Shown: in pieces, positions 1-9,614 of the stretch
Layout: every line of letters begins with the position of its first letter
How positions within the stretch are numbered: the first letter of the stretch is position 1
NCBI RefSeq assembly: GCF_003012345.1
Contig: NZ_PVRV01000021.1
Span: 141,394-173,393, forward strand
From: Phytohalomonas tamaricis
GTDB taxonomy: Bacteria > Pseudomonadota > Gammaproteobacteria > Pseudomonadales > Halomonadaceae
Direction of reading: 5' to 3'
DNA: 32,000 nucleotides
The notes under the pieces: generated by a model
Seen by the model: only the letters and a program-made list of their open reading frames with translations
Databases searched by the model: none
Told to the model about the DNA's origin: nothing
Position numbers and translations under genes: made by a program

Positions 1-65
1 TCCATGGTGTTACCTCCTCAACGAATCGACAGGTCGTAGTTCTTGAACAATGAGGATGCAATTCA

Positions 66-1352
66 TTAGTCGGTGCCCAGCCGTGTGCTTGCCGTACGGG
101 GGGCGCTTGCAGCATCCAGCAGCCAATGCGCTGCAAAACCGACCAACATGGCAACCACAGCGACTGAAAGCTGAGCAGCCCAGATATTAACAATGGCAGC
201 CACCACAATAGCGAGCACCCAGCCACTGAGAGCAGCACGCGGGTTTGGCTCGAGCGTTAGGCCGTTACGCCAGAAGTGAGCAATGATCACACCACCAATC
301 CCGGGTACCACGATACCCAGCAGGCTCAGCCACTCGATCAGTAGATCCCAGACGCCCGCGGCGGCAGCAACCGTGCCGATGGTCCCGAAGATGATAGTCA
401 TCACCTTGAAGCGACGGCCGGCGATTTCACTCCAGCCGGTTGCGGCGTTATATAGACAATGCATGGTGACCGAGGCGCAGTTCACAACGAAGAATGCGGC
501 GGCAATCGGCACCAACCAACTTGCTTGTCCTGCGACTACGGCAGCAAAGTTTCCGTCACTGGCAGTCCCTGCCGCAGTGACAATGGCGCCCAATAGCATC
601 GAGATGCCGTTAGCGAGTGGGAAGGCGCTAGCTGTTGCAATCAGCGCGTGACGTGGACTTTTGGCCCAGCGGGTAAAGTCAGCTGTTAGCGTGCCGGAGT
701 CGATGAAAAGTGAAATCACCATGGTGATGCCGACACCGATGCTCAGCGCGCTGGCATCCGGGCTCCCTGCAAAACTGGTAATGCTCGCCCAATCATGTTG
801 GTTAAGGGTAATGACCACCGCGGCAATACCCATGAGGATGAAGAAGGGCACGGAGATAGCACCAACCACGCTAAGCGCACGTACGCCCATCATGGTCAAT
901 GCCGTGAACAGCGCTCCGGTCACTAGACTCGACAATGTTGCGGACCATCCCAACATATCGTGGAGTCCCTGGCCCGCTAATCCTGTTTGTACGGCGAACC
1001 AGCCCACCACTAGCGTCGATAGGAAACCAGAAACCAAACGGGCAGCACGGTGTCCAAATACCCCACGAGAGAGCAGTGAGAACGACCTCCCGGTCCGTGC
1101 AGCCACGGCGCTTTGTGCACCAACATAAGCAAACAGGATCAGGTTTCCGATTACGATTGTCATTAATGCTGTGGAGAAGCCCATAGCATTAGCCAACTGA
1201 CTGCCTAAAAAACCACCAGTCACCACGAGCGGAAAGCCGATCCATACCAGTGTCACTGAAAGCAGCGAATGACGACGATGAGTAGGGACCGGTTCGTGTT
1301 CGAACTCATTGCCAGAAGCCGGGGGGTTATGGGTATGCGTGGACGGATTCAT
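66..1352 (-). CDS. NCS1-family (cytosine/purine-type) permease
   Basis: 428-aa ORF with an ATG start at 1352. It is hydrophobic throughout with multiple helices and resembles CodB-like purine-cytosine permeases. It is the last gene of a co-directional 4-gene operon. Confidence 0.75.
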   Translation of the reverse strand: MNPSTHTHNPPASGNEFEHEPVPTHRRHSLLSVTLVWIGFPLVVTGGFLGSQLANAMGFSTALMTIVIGNLILFAYVGAQSAVAARTGRSFSLLSRGVFGHRAARLVSGFLSTLVVGWFAVQTGLAGQGLHDMLGWSATLSSLVTGALFTALTMMGVRALSVVGAISVPFFILMGIAAVVITLNQHDWASITSFAGSPDASALSIGVGITMVISLFIDSGTLTADFTRWAKSPRHALIATASAFPLANGISMLLGAIVTAAGTASDGNFAAVVAGQASWLVPIAAAFFVVNCASVTMHCLYNAATGWSEIAGRRFKVMTIIFGTIGTVAAAAGVWDLLIEWLSLLGIVVPGIGGVIIAHFWRNGLTLEPNPRAALSGWVLAIVVAAIVNIWAAQLSVAVVAMLVGFAAHWLLDAASAPRTASTRLGTD

Positions 1353-1402
1353 GGGATTATCCTCTGTTGTATTTGTCGTGGTATGCGCTGGTCACTGCTC
1401 AA

Positions 1403-2098
1403 TCAATCTTCGCCCAGTGCCGCTAACAGTTTTGATGACGGTGCGGTGGCGCCGAAGATACCCCCTTGCATATTGATCATGCTGATCGCCGCCTCCTTGT
1501 GACGCTCATCGGTGGCGCCGGTACAGTCGGTCAGCATTAGACACTCAAAGCCCCGATCGTTGGCTTCGCGCATGGTGGTATGGACGCACACATCGGTGGT
1601 GATGCCCGCAATGATCAGATGGGTACGACCACAAGTGTGCAGCACATGCTCGAGATCGGTGGAGTAAAACGAGCCCTTGCCAGGCTTGTCGATAACGATT
1701 TCACCATCGGCTGGAGCCAGTTCAGGAATGATCTCCCAGCCGGGTTCGCCACGGGTTAATACGCGGCCACACGGGCCAGGCTGGCCGATGGCGGCGCCGA
1801 TCTGTTCGCTGCGCCAGAGCTTGTTTGCAGGAAGATCCACCAGCTCAGGGCGATGGCCTTCCCGGGTATGAATGATCATGGCCTCAGGGTGTTTACGTAG
1901 GGCAGCAAGCACGCGTTGTAACGGCTCGACCGGGGCACGGGTCAGTGACAGGTCATAGCCCATACGGTCGACGTAGCCGCCCGGGCCACAGAAATCGGTC
2001 TGCATGTCGATGACGATCAGGGCTACGTGCTCCAGCGACACTTGGCCATCAAAGGGCCAGTGGTAGGGGCTGGCCTCCATAGAAATCTGTCGGGTCAT
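1403..2098 (-). CDS. Isochorismatase-family cysteine hydrolase, candidate biuret/ureido-type amidohydrolase
   Basis: 231 aa with an Asp/Lys/Cys triad context (VIDMQTDF ... DKPGKGSF ... [11 protein letters not shown]). It has an N-terminal YHWPFDG motif as in RutB/BiuH-like amidohydrolases. It lies immediately downstream of allophanate hydrolase. Confidence 0.8.
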   Translation of the reverse strand: MTRQISMEASPYHWPFDGQVSLEHVALIVIDMQTDFCGPGGYVDRMGYDLSLTRAPVEPLQRVLAALRKHPEAMIIHTREGHRPELVDLPANKLWRSEQIGAAIGQPGPCGRVLTRGEPGWEIIPELAPADGEIVIDKPGKGSFYSTDLEHVLHTCGRTHLIIAGITTDVCVHTTMREANDRGFECLMLTDCTGATDERHKEAAISMINMQGGIFGATAPSSKLLAALGED

Positions 2099-2119
2099 GG
2101 CAACACTCCTATTGCAGGG

Positions 2120-3967
2120 TTAAAGGGAAAGCGCCGAGTCGGTGGCCGTCATGGGGGATGCGCTAGCCTTGGCCTGTAGCCACTGCCGCCAGCCACCGTG
2201 TTGCGTAATGTCTTGGGTGCCGTCGAGTTCTGCCAAGGCATCAGCAGCAGCGATAAAGCCGCATATCCACCGACCATCGGCCAGCTCGACCTTGCCGAGC
2301 CCCAGCGGTGAAGCAATGCCAGATAGCAGACTGCCTATGGATTCAATGGGGAGACGCCAGATTTCGACATCGATAGCGTGGCCATTAACATCGTCGCGCA
2401 CCATGGCCGGGCGTGCCGGCTCGCCAGGTAGCGCGAGCAGGCGATAGCTGGCAGCACTCTTGGTCTGCGAGAGTAAATAGCCGCGTCGATCGGCCAGCTG
2501 ATGGTTGAGCGGCAGCCCCTCGAGATGCGCACCGCAGACGACAAGCTCTAACGTGCCATCACTTGCCGGTGGTAAGAGCGCAGGGTGGCTGCGCGGGATA
2601 TCGGTCGCGCCCAGCGGCAGCGCGAGTGATGATTCGAGAACCCGGCTCACGCTTAGCAGAAACAGATCTTTGAAGGCCGTGCCAAACAGCGTGACGCCCT
2701 GGGGCAGGCCGTCAGCCAGGCGTATGGGGACCGCCAGGGCACTGTAGTCCAGCAGATTCATGAAGTTAGTCCAGCGGCCCAGCTGAGAGTTGAGTCCAAT
2801 AGGGTCGTTGGCCACCTCCGTCTTGGTGGGGTGGGTAACCACCGTCGGCGTTAACATCACATCGACCCGGGCAAGCTGTGCATCAGACAGACGCTTGAAC
2901 TCAGCCAGTTTATAGCGGGCATCAAACGCATCGACGGCCAGCGGTGTGCGGCCACTTTCGATAATTTGTCGAGTGACGGGATGCAGCGCCTCAGGTGTGC
3001 TATCGATCAGCTCGCGCACGGCGTGATAGCGCTCGGCGACCCAAGGTCCTTCATAGAGCAGGCGAGCCGCTGCCAGCATGGCGGAGCAGTCAATCTCTAC
3101 GCGCTCGCCACCGAGCGCTTCCAACTCACGTATCGCGATGCTCATCGCCTCGGCATGGGCTACGTCGGTTTGCCATTGCGCCTCGAACGGGACACCAAAG
3201 CGGAACGAGGCGGTCGGTTGACCATAGCGCTTGCCGGCAACGGCGAAGTCATAGGGCCGGGACCAGGCGCATTGGGGATCGAAGCGGGCGGCGACGTTAA
3301 AGACCGCATAGGCGTCATCAGCGGTCAGGGTAAAGAGACTGATGGTATCCAACGTGGCACAGGCGGGCACTACACCCCGGTTGCTGAGCAGGCCGAGCGT
3401 CGGCTTCAGGCCAAACAGGTTATTGAAACTGGCCGGTACGCGTCCGGAGCCCGCCGTGTCAGTCCCCAGGGCAAAGCTGACCTGGCCACTTGCCGTGGTG
3501 ACGGCCGAGCCACTGCTGGAGCCACCCGGAATATAGTCGGGGTCAAAGGCATTGCCAGGTGTGCCATATTCCTCGGGGCTGCGTTCACCCACGAGGCCAG
3601 TGGCAAATTGATCGAGGTTGGTCTTGCCCATCGGAATGGCGCCGGCCTGGATCAGCTGCTGCACTACGAAGGCGCTTTCCGCGGGGGTATAGGCATAGGC
3701 GGGACAGGCTGCAGTCGTCGGGATGCCCGCCAGATCAATATTGTCTTTGATGGCGAAGGGAATGCCGTAAAGGGGCAAGGTCTCGGTGGATTCACCCTGC
3801 AGCCGCTGCAGGTAGGGCTCAAGCTGCGGGCGCGTGAGGCGGGTAATCCAGGTGGAATCGGTCCCGACGTTCTTCGCATTGCGCAGCAATTGATCGATGA
3901 GTGTCGCTGGGGTCAATTCACCGGCGCGGTAAGCCTTGTGCAGCGCAGTGATAGTAAGATCCATCAT
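2120..3967 (-). CDS. atzF: Allophanate hydrolase (amidase-signature domain plus AtzF-type C-terminal domain)
   Basis: 615 aa with the amidase signature GGSSSGSAV...GTDTAGSGRVPA. The C-terminal ~130 aa (VVCGAHLEGLPLNHQL...YRLLALPG...GWRQWL) is typical of allophanate hydrolases. Its start ATG (3965-3967) overlaps the stop of the upstream GntR gene (ATGA). Confidence 0.85.
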   Translation of the reverse strand: MMDLTITALHKAYRAGELTPATLIDQLLRNAKNVGTDSTWITRLTRPQLEPYLQRLQGESTETLPLYGIPFAIKDNIDLAGIPTTAACPAYAYTPAESAFVVQQLIQAGAIPMGKTNLDQFATGLVGERSPEEYGTPGNAFDPDYIPGGSSSGSAVTTASGQVSFALGTDTAGSGRVPASFNNLFGLKPTLGLLSNRGVVPACATLDTISLFTLTADDAYAVFNVAARFDPQCAWSRPYDFAVAGKRYGQPTASFRFGVPFEAQWQTDVAHAEAMSIAIRELEALGGERVEIDCSAMLAAARLLYEGPWVAERYHAVRELIDSTPEALHPVTRQIIESGRTPLAVDAFDARYKLAEFKRLSDAQLARVDVMLTPTVVTHPTKTEVANDPIGLNSQLGRWTNFMNLLDYSALAVPIRLADGLPQGVTLFGTAFKDLFLLSVSRVLESSLALPLGATDIPRSHPALLPPASDGTLELVVCGAHLEGLPLNHQLADRRGYLLSQTKSAASYRLLALPGEPARPAMVRDDVNGHAIDVEIWRLPIESIGSLLSGIASPLGLGKVELADGRWICGFIAAADALAELDGTQDITQHGGWRQWLQAKASASPMTATDSALSL

Positions 3968-4686
3968 GAGTTGGAGTTCCTGTTGGCATCCGGACGCGCA
4001 TGCGACTCGACAAAGGTTTGAGAGACGGTGCCTACCGAGAGGACATGACGACGTGCGGCTTCGGCAGCGCCAACGGCATCGCCCGCCACGATGGCGTCGA
4101 CGATCGCCTCGTGTTCGATGAAAGAGCGCTCCGGACGATGGCTGACCTGGAACTGGGTATGGCGGAAGGGCTGCAACCGGGCCCGTGTCGCCCGGGTCAG
4201 CTCGATCAGATAAGCGCTGCGCGATCCTTCGTAGAGCCGCGAGTGAAAATCGTCATTGAAATCGGTATAGGCCTGGGGCGAGTGGCTATGGCTCAAGGTA
4301 CGTGAAGATTCATGGAGGACACTAAGCGCGCGACGTTCCTCCAAGGTCATGCGCTGCGCGCACAGCCCTGCACATGACGCTTCGAGTTCGGCCATCGCCT
4401 CGAACATGCTGAGCAGCCGTGACTCTGAAATGCATGCAGTTACGACGCCCCGGTTAGGTCGGCGCTCTACCAAGCCCATCGCAAATAGGTGGCCAAAGGC
4501 CTCACGGACTGGGGTACGGGATACACCAAAGCGGTCGGCAATCGACTTTGCACTAAGACGTGTCTCAGGTGGCCATTGTCCGGAGACGATCTCTTCAGAC
4601 AAGATTCTGACCATATCGTCCACCGTGGTGCCTTCTCGCACCAACGTGCGGGCAGTTGCTCTTGAGGCGCTTTCCTGTTGGCTCAT
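3964..4686 (-). CDS. GntR/FadR-family transcriptional regulator (FCD domain)
   Basis: Winged-helix motif LSAKSIADRFGVSRTPVREAF...LVERRPNRG followed by an all-helical C-terminal domain. I prefer the ATG at 4686 (MSQQES..), but the ORF is open to 4734. It is translationally coupled to atzF. Confidence 0.85.
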   Translation of the reverse strand: MSQQESASRATARTLVREGTTVDDMVRILSEEIVSGQWPPETRLSAKSIADRFGVSRTPVREAFGHLFAMGLVERRPNRGVVTACISESRLLSMFEAMAELEASCAGLCAQRMTLEERRALSVLHESSRTLSHSHSPQAYTDFNDDFHSRLYEGSRSAYLIELTRATRARLQPFRHTQFQVSHRPERSFIEHEAIVDAIVAGDAVGAAEAARRHVLSVGTVSQTFVESHARPDANRNSNS

Positions 4687-4844
4687 GATGGTGTCTCTTT
4701 CCGCTGTGCCTGGCTCACCACGCTCTAGAAGCAATGGCAGCCGTCATCGTTCGAAATGTATGCACTACAGATGCCAAGAGAAGGGAAAACCCTTTTCCAA
4801 CAAGGACAAGGTGATGTTAGGCAGGTGGAATAGAGGTAAATGAT

Positions 4845-4862
4845 AAAAGTGCATGCACTTTT
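4845..4862. promoter_or_regulatory. Perfect 18-bp palindrome AAAAGTGCATGCACTTTT, candidate GntR operator
   Basis: Read directly from the sequence. It contains the GT-N-AC core typical of GntR-family operators and lies ~110-160 bp upstream of the GntR operon start. A related half-site GTATGCAC occurs near 4757. Confidence 0.35.
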
Positions 4863-5001
4863 AGAATGCATTAAAAGCAGGACGCGCACTTGAATTGCGC
4901 TACTAGCTAATAGGTAAATGCAGCTAATAACGGCTATCGTCATGCTGATTTGGCGACAACACAAAGAATAATGACCAGCAGCATCGATTACATACCATGT
5001 A

Positions 5002-5385
5002 GCTCTCGGTGATCGAGCTGCCCCGCCATGGCAGCGCCTGGCTGGCTGTCAGCTCGCATTGGTGGTAATGGCTATCATCGGTGTGGGTGTAGGCGTGATC
5101 GCATTCACCCACTATGCTGACGAAAGTGCTAGGGCGCTCAGCAACCAGACGGAGCTGGCCAATACGTCAATCGAATAACTCCAGCGGCTGGCGTATATGT
5201 TGAACATGGTAGGCGTTGAGCAGGACAGGCTCTCGAAAATCCTAAAGGACACGAACGATCGCGTTGGTGACTCCCTTAATACCGGTTACATCGAGATGAC
5301 CGACTTCTTCGCGAAGATCGCGCCGCAAAGTGACGTGGTTTTCGAAAATTACTCTGAGTTTTCGGGCGGCGAGGCAATGGCATAA
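5002..5385 (+). pseudogene. Fragment of a phage tail tape-measure protein (N-terminal region) with an in-frame stop
   Basis: The translation ...LALVVMAIIGVGVGVIAFTHYADESARALSNQTELANTSIE*LQRLAYMLNMVGVEQDRLSKILKDTNDRVGDSLNTG..MTDFFAKIAP matches the conserved TMP motif (ADILKD..D+VGDF..TGGG.MADFFENIAP). There is an in-frame TAA at 5176-5178, and the fragment is truncated at both ends. Confidence 0.6.
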
Positions 5386-5409
5386 GGCTGAATAACAAAA
5401 CCCTTAGAT

Positions 5410-5961
5410 TCAGATTCCTTGGTTAAGGAAATCAGCAAGCCAGGAAAATTTTTGTTGTAGATCGTCGTCAGCATAGTCTTGTTTTTCATCGCTGTGCCCA
5501 GCCAGATAGAGATCCATTATCCAGCCCTTGCAATCTTCATCTGTCAGAGTGGCTCTTTGAATTTCTAGCATGGGCGTAAATGCCTGGTGAGACATGAGAG
5601 GGCTTTCGAGCATGGCGTTCAGTAGGTTACCGGCAAGCATCATGCAATTGGATTGATGAGCAAAAAGTGCACGATCCTGAAAGTAAAAGCCTAGGGCGCA
5701 GCAGGATAAATACCCTTGTTCATCATCCTGCCAAGTGAGAATACGTGCAGACTCGAACGCATTCCCTTGCTGATTGATTTTTAATAAAGCCTCCTGCATT
5801 CGAGGAAAGGCGCTGACTTCCGGTATCTGCTTGACCTGCTCCGGAAAGTCTACAAGGCGGCGGTACGGGAATGCCTCTCCGTTCTCACTGGTGTCAGTGC
5901 CGTAGGGGATATTGATCTCACCATCATCAAGACTGATACGCAATTCAGTTCTCTTTTCCAT
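5410..5961 (-). CDS. Hypothetical protein (orphan, acidic, lower GC than the flanks)
   Basis: A clean ORF of 183 aa from the ATG at 5961 (GGGGA SD-like 6 nt upstream), open to 5988. I recognise no motif. Confidence 0.5.
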   Translation of the reverse strand: MEKRTELRISLDDGEINIPYGTDTSENGEAFPYRRLVDFPEQVKQIPEVSAFPRMQEALLKINQQGNAFESARILTWQDDEQGYLSCCALGFYFQDRALFAHQSNCMMLAGNLLNAMLESPLMSHQAFTPMLEIQRATLTDEDCKGWIMDLYLAGHSDEKQDYADDDLQQKFSWLADFLNQGI

Positions 5962-6349
5962 TCTTCGTCCCCTATTCAGTGCCGTCATCTAACAAGGATG
6001 TCGTTTTCTACAGCGTGCGCCCTGACGCGTTTGATCAGTATTGGTTGAAAATCCCGTAATGCTTTGGCCGGGCCGCTTCCTGTTCGATGACAGGAAGTTA
6101 CGTGGCATTGAAAAACTTTGATATTAATACGTCAGCCCTTTTTTACCTTCCTATCTTCATCGGTACACGTGTCAACATGGCATCGACGCCTCGTTCCGGC
6201 CCGAATTTTGCTGCTTCTATAGTTATCTAGGAGTAGGCGACGGTTCAGGTGCTTGCCGAGCATACCGAGACGTTCTATCCAAAGCTTGAGCACCTTATTT
6301 AAATAACCGTGATCGTCAAAGCAGTGAGCATTTACCGAAGCTACAAAGC

Positions 6350-7249
6350 TCACTGGCTTTTCATCTCCTGTAGGATTCTCGAAGTATCTCGGGCGGGAGG
6401 AAGCCCGAATACCCGCGTGTAATCACGGCTGAACTGTGTCGCGCTTTCATAGCCGACCTCAAAGGCCGCGCCGGTGACGCTTTTAGCACTGGCCACCATG
6501 AGCGTCCGAGCCTGAAGCAATCGAACCCGTTTTTGATACTGGATTGGACTCAGCGTAGTCACAGCTTTGAAGTGACGATGAAAGGCGGATACGCTCATCG
6601 CCGCTTTCTGCGCTAGAGCCTCCACTCTGATTGGCTCGGCGAAGTCCCGGCGGATCCACTGAATGGCCTGGCTTACTCGCGCCATGGCGGTATCCGGTGC
6701 CGCGATTTCCCGTAGCATCCAACCATGGGGGCCTTGCAGGACGCGGTAGAGAATTTCCCGCTCGTACACGGGCGCGAGGGCCGTTATCTCTTCAGGCCTG
6801 CCCATCAATCGCAGCATGCGCAGCCATGCGTCCATCAATTCCGGCGTGACCGCAGCCACCGAAAATCCTGCATTGTTGTCGTTCTCGCTCTCGTTATGCC
6901 GGGCGGGCGAGGGCAGGTCGGTCAGCAACGTCGAGAGTACCGCGGGATCAAGCGTCAGGCTCAGTGCGAGATAGGGCTCCCCCGAAGCCGCAGGATGTAC
7001 CGTGCCTACCGCCGGCAATTCGATGGACATGACGAAATACGTGGCCGGGTCGTAGCGCAGCGTGCGGTCGCCAACGGTCATCGTCTTACTGCCCTGCAGG
7101 ATCAGGTTGATCATCGGGTCGTAGACGGCGGCCAGCATGTGTTCCGGGATCTCGCCCTGTACCATGGCCACACGCGGGATGCCCGTTTCCGTACGGCGAT
7201 TCTCGGCCCTGGACGCCAGGGAGCGAAGCTCGAGCAATTGATCGTTCAT
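6350..7249 (-). CDS. AraC-family transcriptional regulator (AraC_N-type sensor plus C-terminal double HTH)
   Basis: 299 aa with the C-terminal motif AFHRHFK...SPIQYQKRVRLLQAR...VGYESATQFSRDYTRVFGLPP. It is divergent from the SDR operon. Confidence 0.85.
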   Translation of the reverse strand: MNDQLLELRSLASRAENRRTETGIPRVAMVQGEIPEHMLAAVYDPMINLILQGSKTMTVGDRTLRYDPATYFVMSIELPAVGTVHPAASGEPYLALSLTLDPAVLSTLLTDLPSPARHNESENDNNAGFSVAAVTPELMDAWLRMLRLMGRPEEITALAPVYEREILYRVLQGPHGWMLREIAAPDTAMARVSQAIQWIRRDFAEPIRVEALAQKAAMSVSAFHRHFKAVTTLSPIQYQKRVRLLQARTLMVASAKSVTGAAFEVGYESATQFSRDYTRVFGLPPARDTSRILQEMKSQ

Positions 7250-7300
7250 GGCGGGCAGTTGGTCGTTTATGGCGAGTGGTTGGTCGTTTATGGAGAGGTA
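7238..7300. repeat. Three tandem imperfect 21-bp direct repeats spanning the AraC start codon
   Basis: The units are TTGATCGTTCATGGCGGGCAG, TTGGTCGTTTATGGCGAGTGG and TTGGTCGTTTATGGAGAGGTA (16-17/21 matches between neighbours). Unit 1 contains the ATG on the minus strand. Units 2 and 3 carry ATA at the same position. Confidence 0.8.
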
Positions 7301-7429
7301 TGCTGATCCTCGGTGCGCGCCTGCGCAAGTGAAAAGCAGAAACGGGCAGGTTTCGAGCAGGAACGGCTGAGCCCACGATGACGGTAAGGGTTACGGTGAA
7401 CACCTATCTCATCTACACCGGAGTACCTT

Positions 7430-8173
7430 ATGGGCGTTATCGTCATCACCGGAGGCAGCCGTGGCATTGGGGCCAGTGCTGCCGAGCACTGTGCCCAGCG
7501 GGGCATGGGGGTCATCCTCACCTACAACAGCAACGCAGACGCCGCGCAATCGATCGTTCAGCGTATCGAGTCCGCCGGCGGCAAGGCCGTCGCACTGAAG
7601 CTCGATGTCGCTGACATCAGCAGTTTCGAGGCGTTTCGCGAAACGGTGAAGCTGACGCTACAGACAAACTGGGGCATCAACACCTTGAGCGGTCTGGTCA
7701 ATAACGCCGGCTATGGTTTGTTCAACCCGCTCGAGTCGATTACCGAGTCCCAATTCGATGGCCTGCTGAATGTCCACCTCAAAGGCCCATTCTTTCTCAC
7801 CCAAGCCTTGCTCTCGTTGATGGAGGAAGGTGCCAGCATCGTCAATCTGACCAGTGCCACTACGCGTGTAGCGACGGCAGGCGTAGCGCCTTACGCCGCT
7901 TTCAAGGGTGGGCTGGAAGTACTTACCCGTTACATGGCCAAGGAATTTGGTGATCGACAAATACGTGCCAATGCCGTCTCGCCGGGGGCGATTCGCACCG
8001 AGTTGGGCGGCGGCCTGAACGACGAGTTTGAGGCTTTGCTGGTCTCTCAGACGGCGCTTGGCCGCGTCGGCGAGCCGCAGGACGTTGCCCGCATTATCGC
8101 GATGCTGTTGTCCGAAGAAAGCGGCTGGATCAACGGACAGGCCATCGAAGTCGCTGGCGGCTACTGCATCTAA
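7430..8173 (+). CDS. Short-chain dehydrogenase/reductase (SDR)
   Basis: 247 aa with TGGSRGIG, NNAG and YAAFK motifs. Confidence 0.85.
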   Translation: MGVIVITGGSRGIGASAAEHCAQRGMGVILTYNSNADAAQSIVQRIESAGGKAVALKLDVADISSFEAFRETVKLTLQTNWGINTLSGLVNNAGYGLFNPLESITESQFDGLLNVHLKGPFFLTQALLSLMEEGASIVNLTSATTRVATAGVAPYAAFKGGLEVLTRYMAKEFGDRQIRANAVSPGAIRTELGGGLNDEFEALLVSQTALGRVGEPQDVARIIAMLLSEESGWINGQAIEVAGGYCI

Positions 8174-8202
8174 CTCTGCATCTGAGTCCAGGAGGACACC
8201 GC

Positions 8203-8604
8203 ATGCTTGACCATCTATTTCTTTCCGTCAGCGACATCGAACGCTCGATTCGTTTCTACGAGGCCGTGCTCGCCCCGCTAGGGATCACGGCGCGGCTCGA
8301 TTACGACGGGAAAGACGGCCCGCCGGGCCACCCGGATCTCAAGGGTTTCGGCGCCAATGGCCGGATGTTCTTCTGGCTACGTGAGGGGGTGGTCGAAGGG
8401 CAGGCCGTTCACGTCGGTTTCGTGGCAAGCAACAAGGCAGAAGTCGAAGCGGCCTACGCCGTGGCCATCGAGAACGGCGCCAGCGACAATGGCGCGCCTG
8501 GGACACGACTGCATTACGATCCCAACTACTACGCCGCCAACGTTCTGGATCCCGATGGCTACAGTCTCGAATTCGTGTACAAGAACTGGCAGCACGCCCA
8601 ATGA
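8203..8604 (+). CDS. VOC/glyoxalase-family protein
   Basis: 133 aa with MLDHLFLSVSDIERSIRFYEAVLAPLG and a C-terminal YYAANVLDPDGYSLEFV. It is a paralogue of the ORF at 11187-11588. Confidence 0.8.
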   Translation: MLDHLFLSVSDIERSIRFYEAVLAPLGITARLDYDGKDGPPGHPDLKGFGANGRMFFWLREGVVEGQAVHVGFVASNKAEVEAAYAVAIENGASDNGAPGTRLHYDPNYYAANVLDPDGYSLEFVYKNWQHAQ

Positions 8605-9578
8605 AAAAACTACTGATCTACGGCGCGACCGGCTATACCGGCCGCATGGCAGCAGAGCGTGCCAAAACGTTGGGGCTCGAATTCGAGATAGCCGGGCGCA
8701 ACCAGCAAAGGCTGGCGCTCCTCGCTGAACAGTTGGATGTTCCGTTGCGAGTATTTACTGCCGATGTGGAGGCAGCGCAAGCCTTGGCCGGTATCGATGT
8801 GCTGCTGAACTTCGCAGGCCCGTTCGCGCAAACGGCGGCGCCATTGATGCGGGCATGCATCAGCGCCGGTGTCGATTACCTGGATATCACCGCCGAGATC
8901 AACGTCTATCGGCTGGCGGAACAGTTGGGCGCCGAAGCGGCGAAAGCCGGCGTCATGCTGCTGCCCGGTGTCGGCTGGGACGTGGTGCCGACCGATTGTC
9001 TGGCAGTGCACGTCGCGCAGCGTGTGCACGACCCGTTGTCACTGAGCGTGGCGCTTCAGGTTCCCGGCATCATGTCGCGGGGCTCCGCCATGAGTGTCAG
9101 CGAGATCATCGGCGCGGGCCTGATGGCGAGGGTCGACGGCCATCTCGTTCCGACCCCCGATGCGCAGCCGCGATACTTCGATTTCGGTGAGGGCCTGGTG
9201 CAGTGCGCGCCGCTGTCGTTCGGTGATTTGGTAACCGGCTGGCACTCTTCCGGCATTCCCAATATCGCCATGTTCGTGCATGTCAGTGGCGATGCTTTCC
9301 CCGAAGGCGACCTATCGCAACTACCTGCTGGCCCGACCGCGGAGCAACGCGATACCCACCGAGCCCGCGCGGTGGTCGAGGTGACGGGGATTGATGGCAC
9401 GGTGGCTCGATCGTTGATCGAAACCGTCAACGGCTATTCCTACACGCCGCTGGCGGCCGTAGAGGCCGCGAGCCGGGTACTCGAAGGGGAACGTCGACCC
9501 GGTTTCGAAACCCCGGCGCAGATATTTGGTGGTGGATTCGCCGAGACGATCGAAGGGACGATCATCAAGGATCTATGA
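8601..9578 (+). CDS. Saccharopine-dehydrogenase-like NAD(P)-binding oxidoreductase
   Basis: 325 aa with an N-terminal Rossmann motif LLIYGATGYTGR. The ATGA overlap with the VOC stop implies translational coupling. Confidence 0.7.
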   Translation: MKKLLIYGATGYTGRMAAERAKTLGLEFEIAGRNQQRLALLAEQLDVPLRVFTADVEAAQALAGIDVLLNFAGPFAQTAAPLMRACISAGVDYLDITAEINVYRLAEQLGAEAAKAGVMLLPGVGWDVVPTDCLAVHVAQRVHDPLSLSVALQVPGIMSRGSAMSVSEIIGAGLMARVDGHLVPTPDAQPRYFDFGEGLVQCAPLSFGDLVTGWHSSGIPNIAMFVHVSGDAFPEGDLSQLPAGPTAEQRDTHRARAVVEVTGIDGTVARSLIETVNGYSYTPLAAVEAASRVLEGERRPGFETPAQIFGGGFAETIEGTIIKDL

Positions 9579-9614
9579 AGATAGACGCAACTAATCTCGC
9601 GACGGCTTCACTGC

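Noticed and set aside
1-17. A likely start of another minus-strand gene at the window edge: ATG at 5..3 preceded by GGAGG at 17..13.
   Set aside because: Fewer than two codons lie inside the window, so it cannot be annotated.
6132-6353. The 73-aa ORF at 6132-6353(-) abutting the AraC gene stop.
   Set aside because: It is basic and low-complexity, has no SD, and overlaps the AraC stop region. It is probably non-coding.
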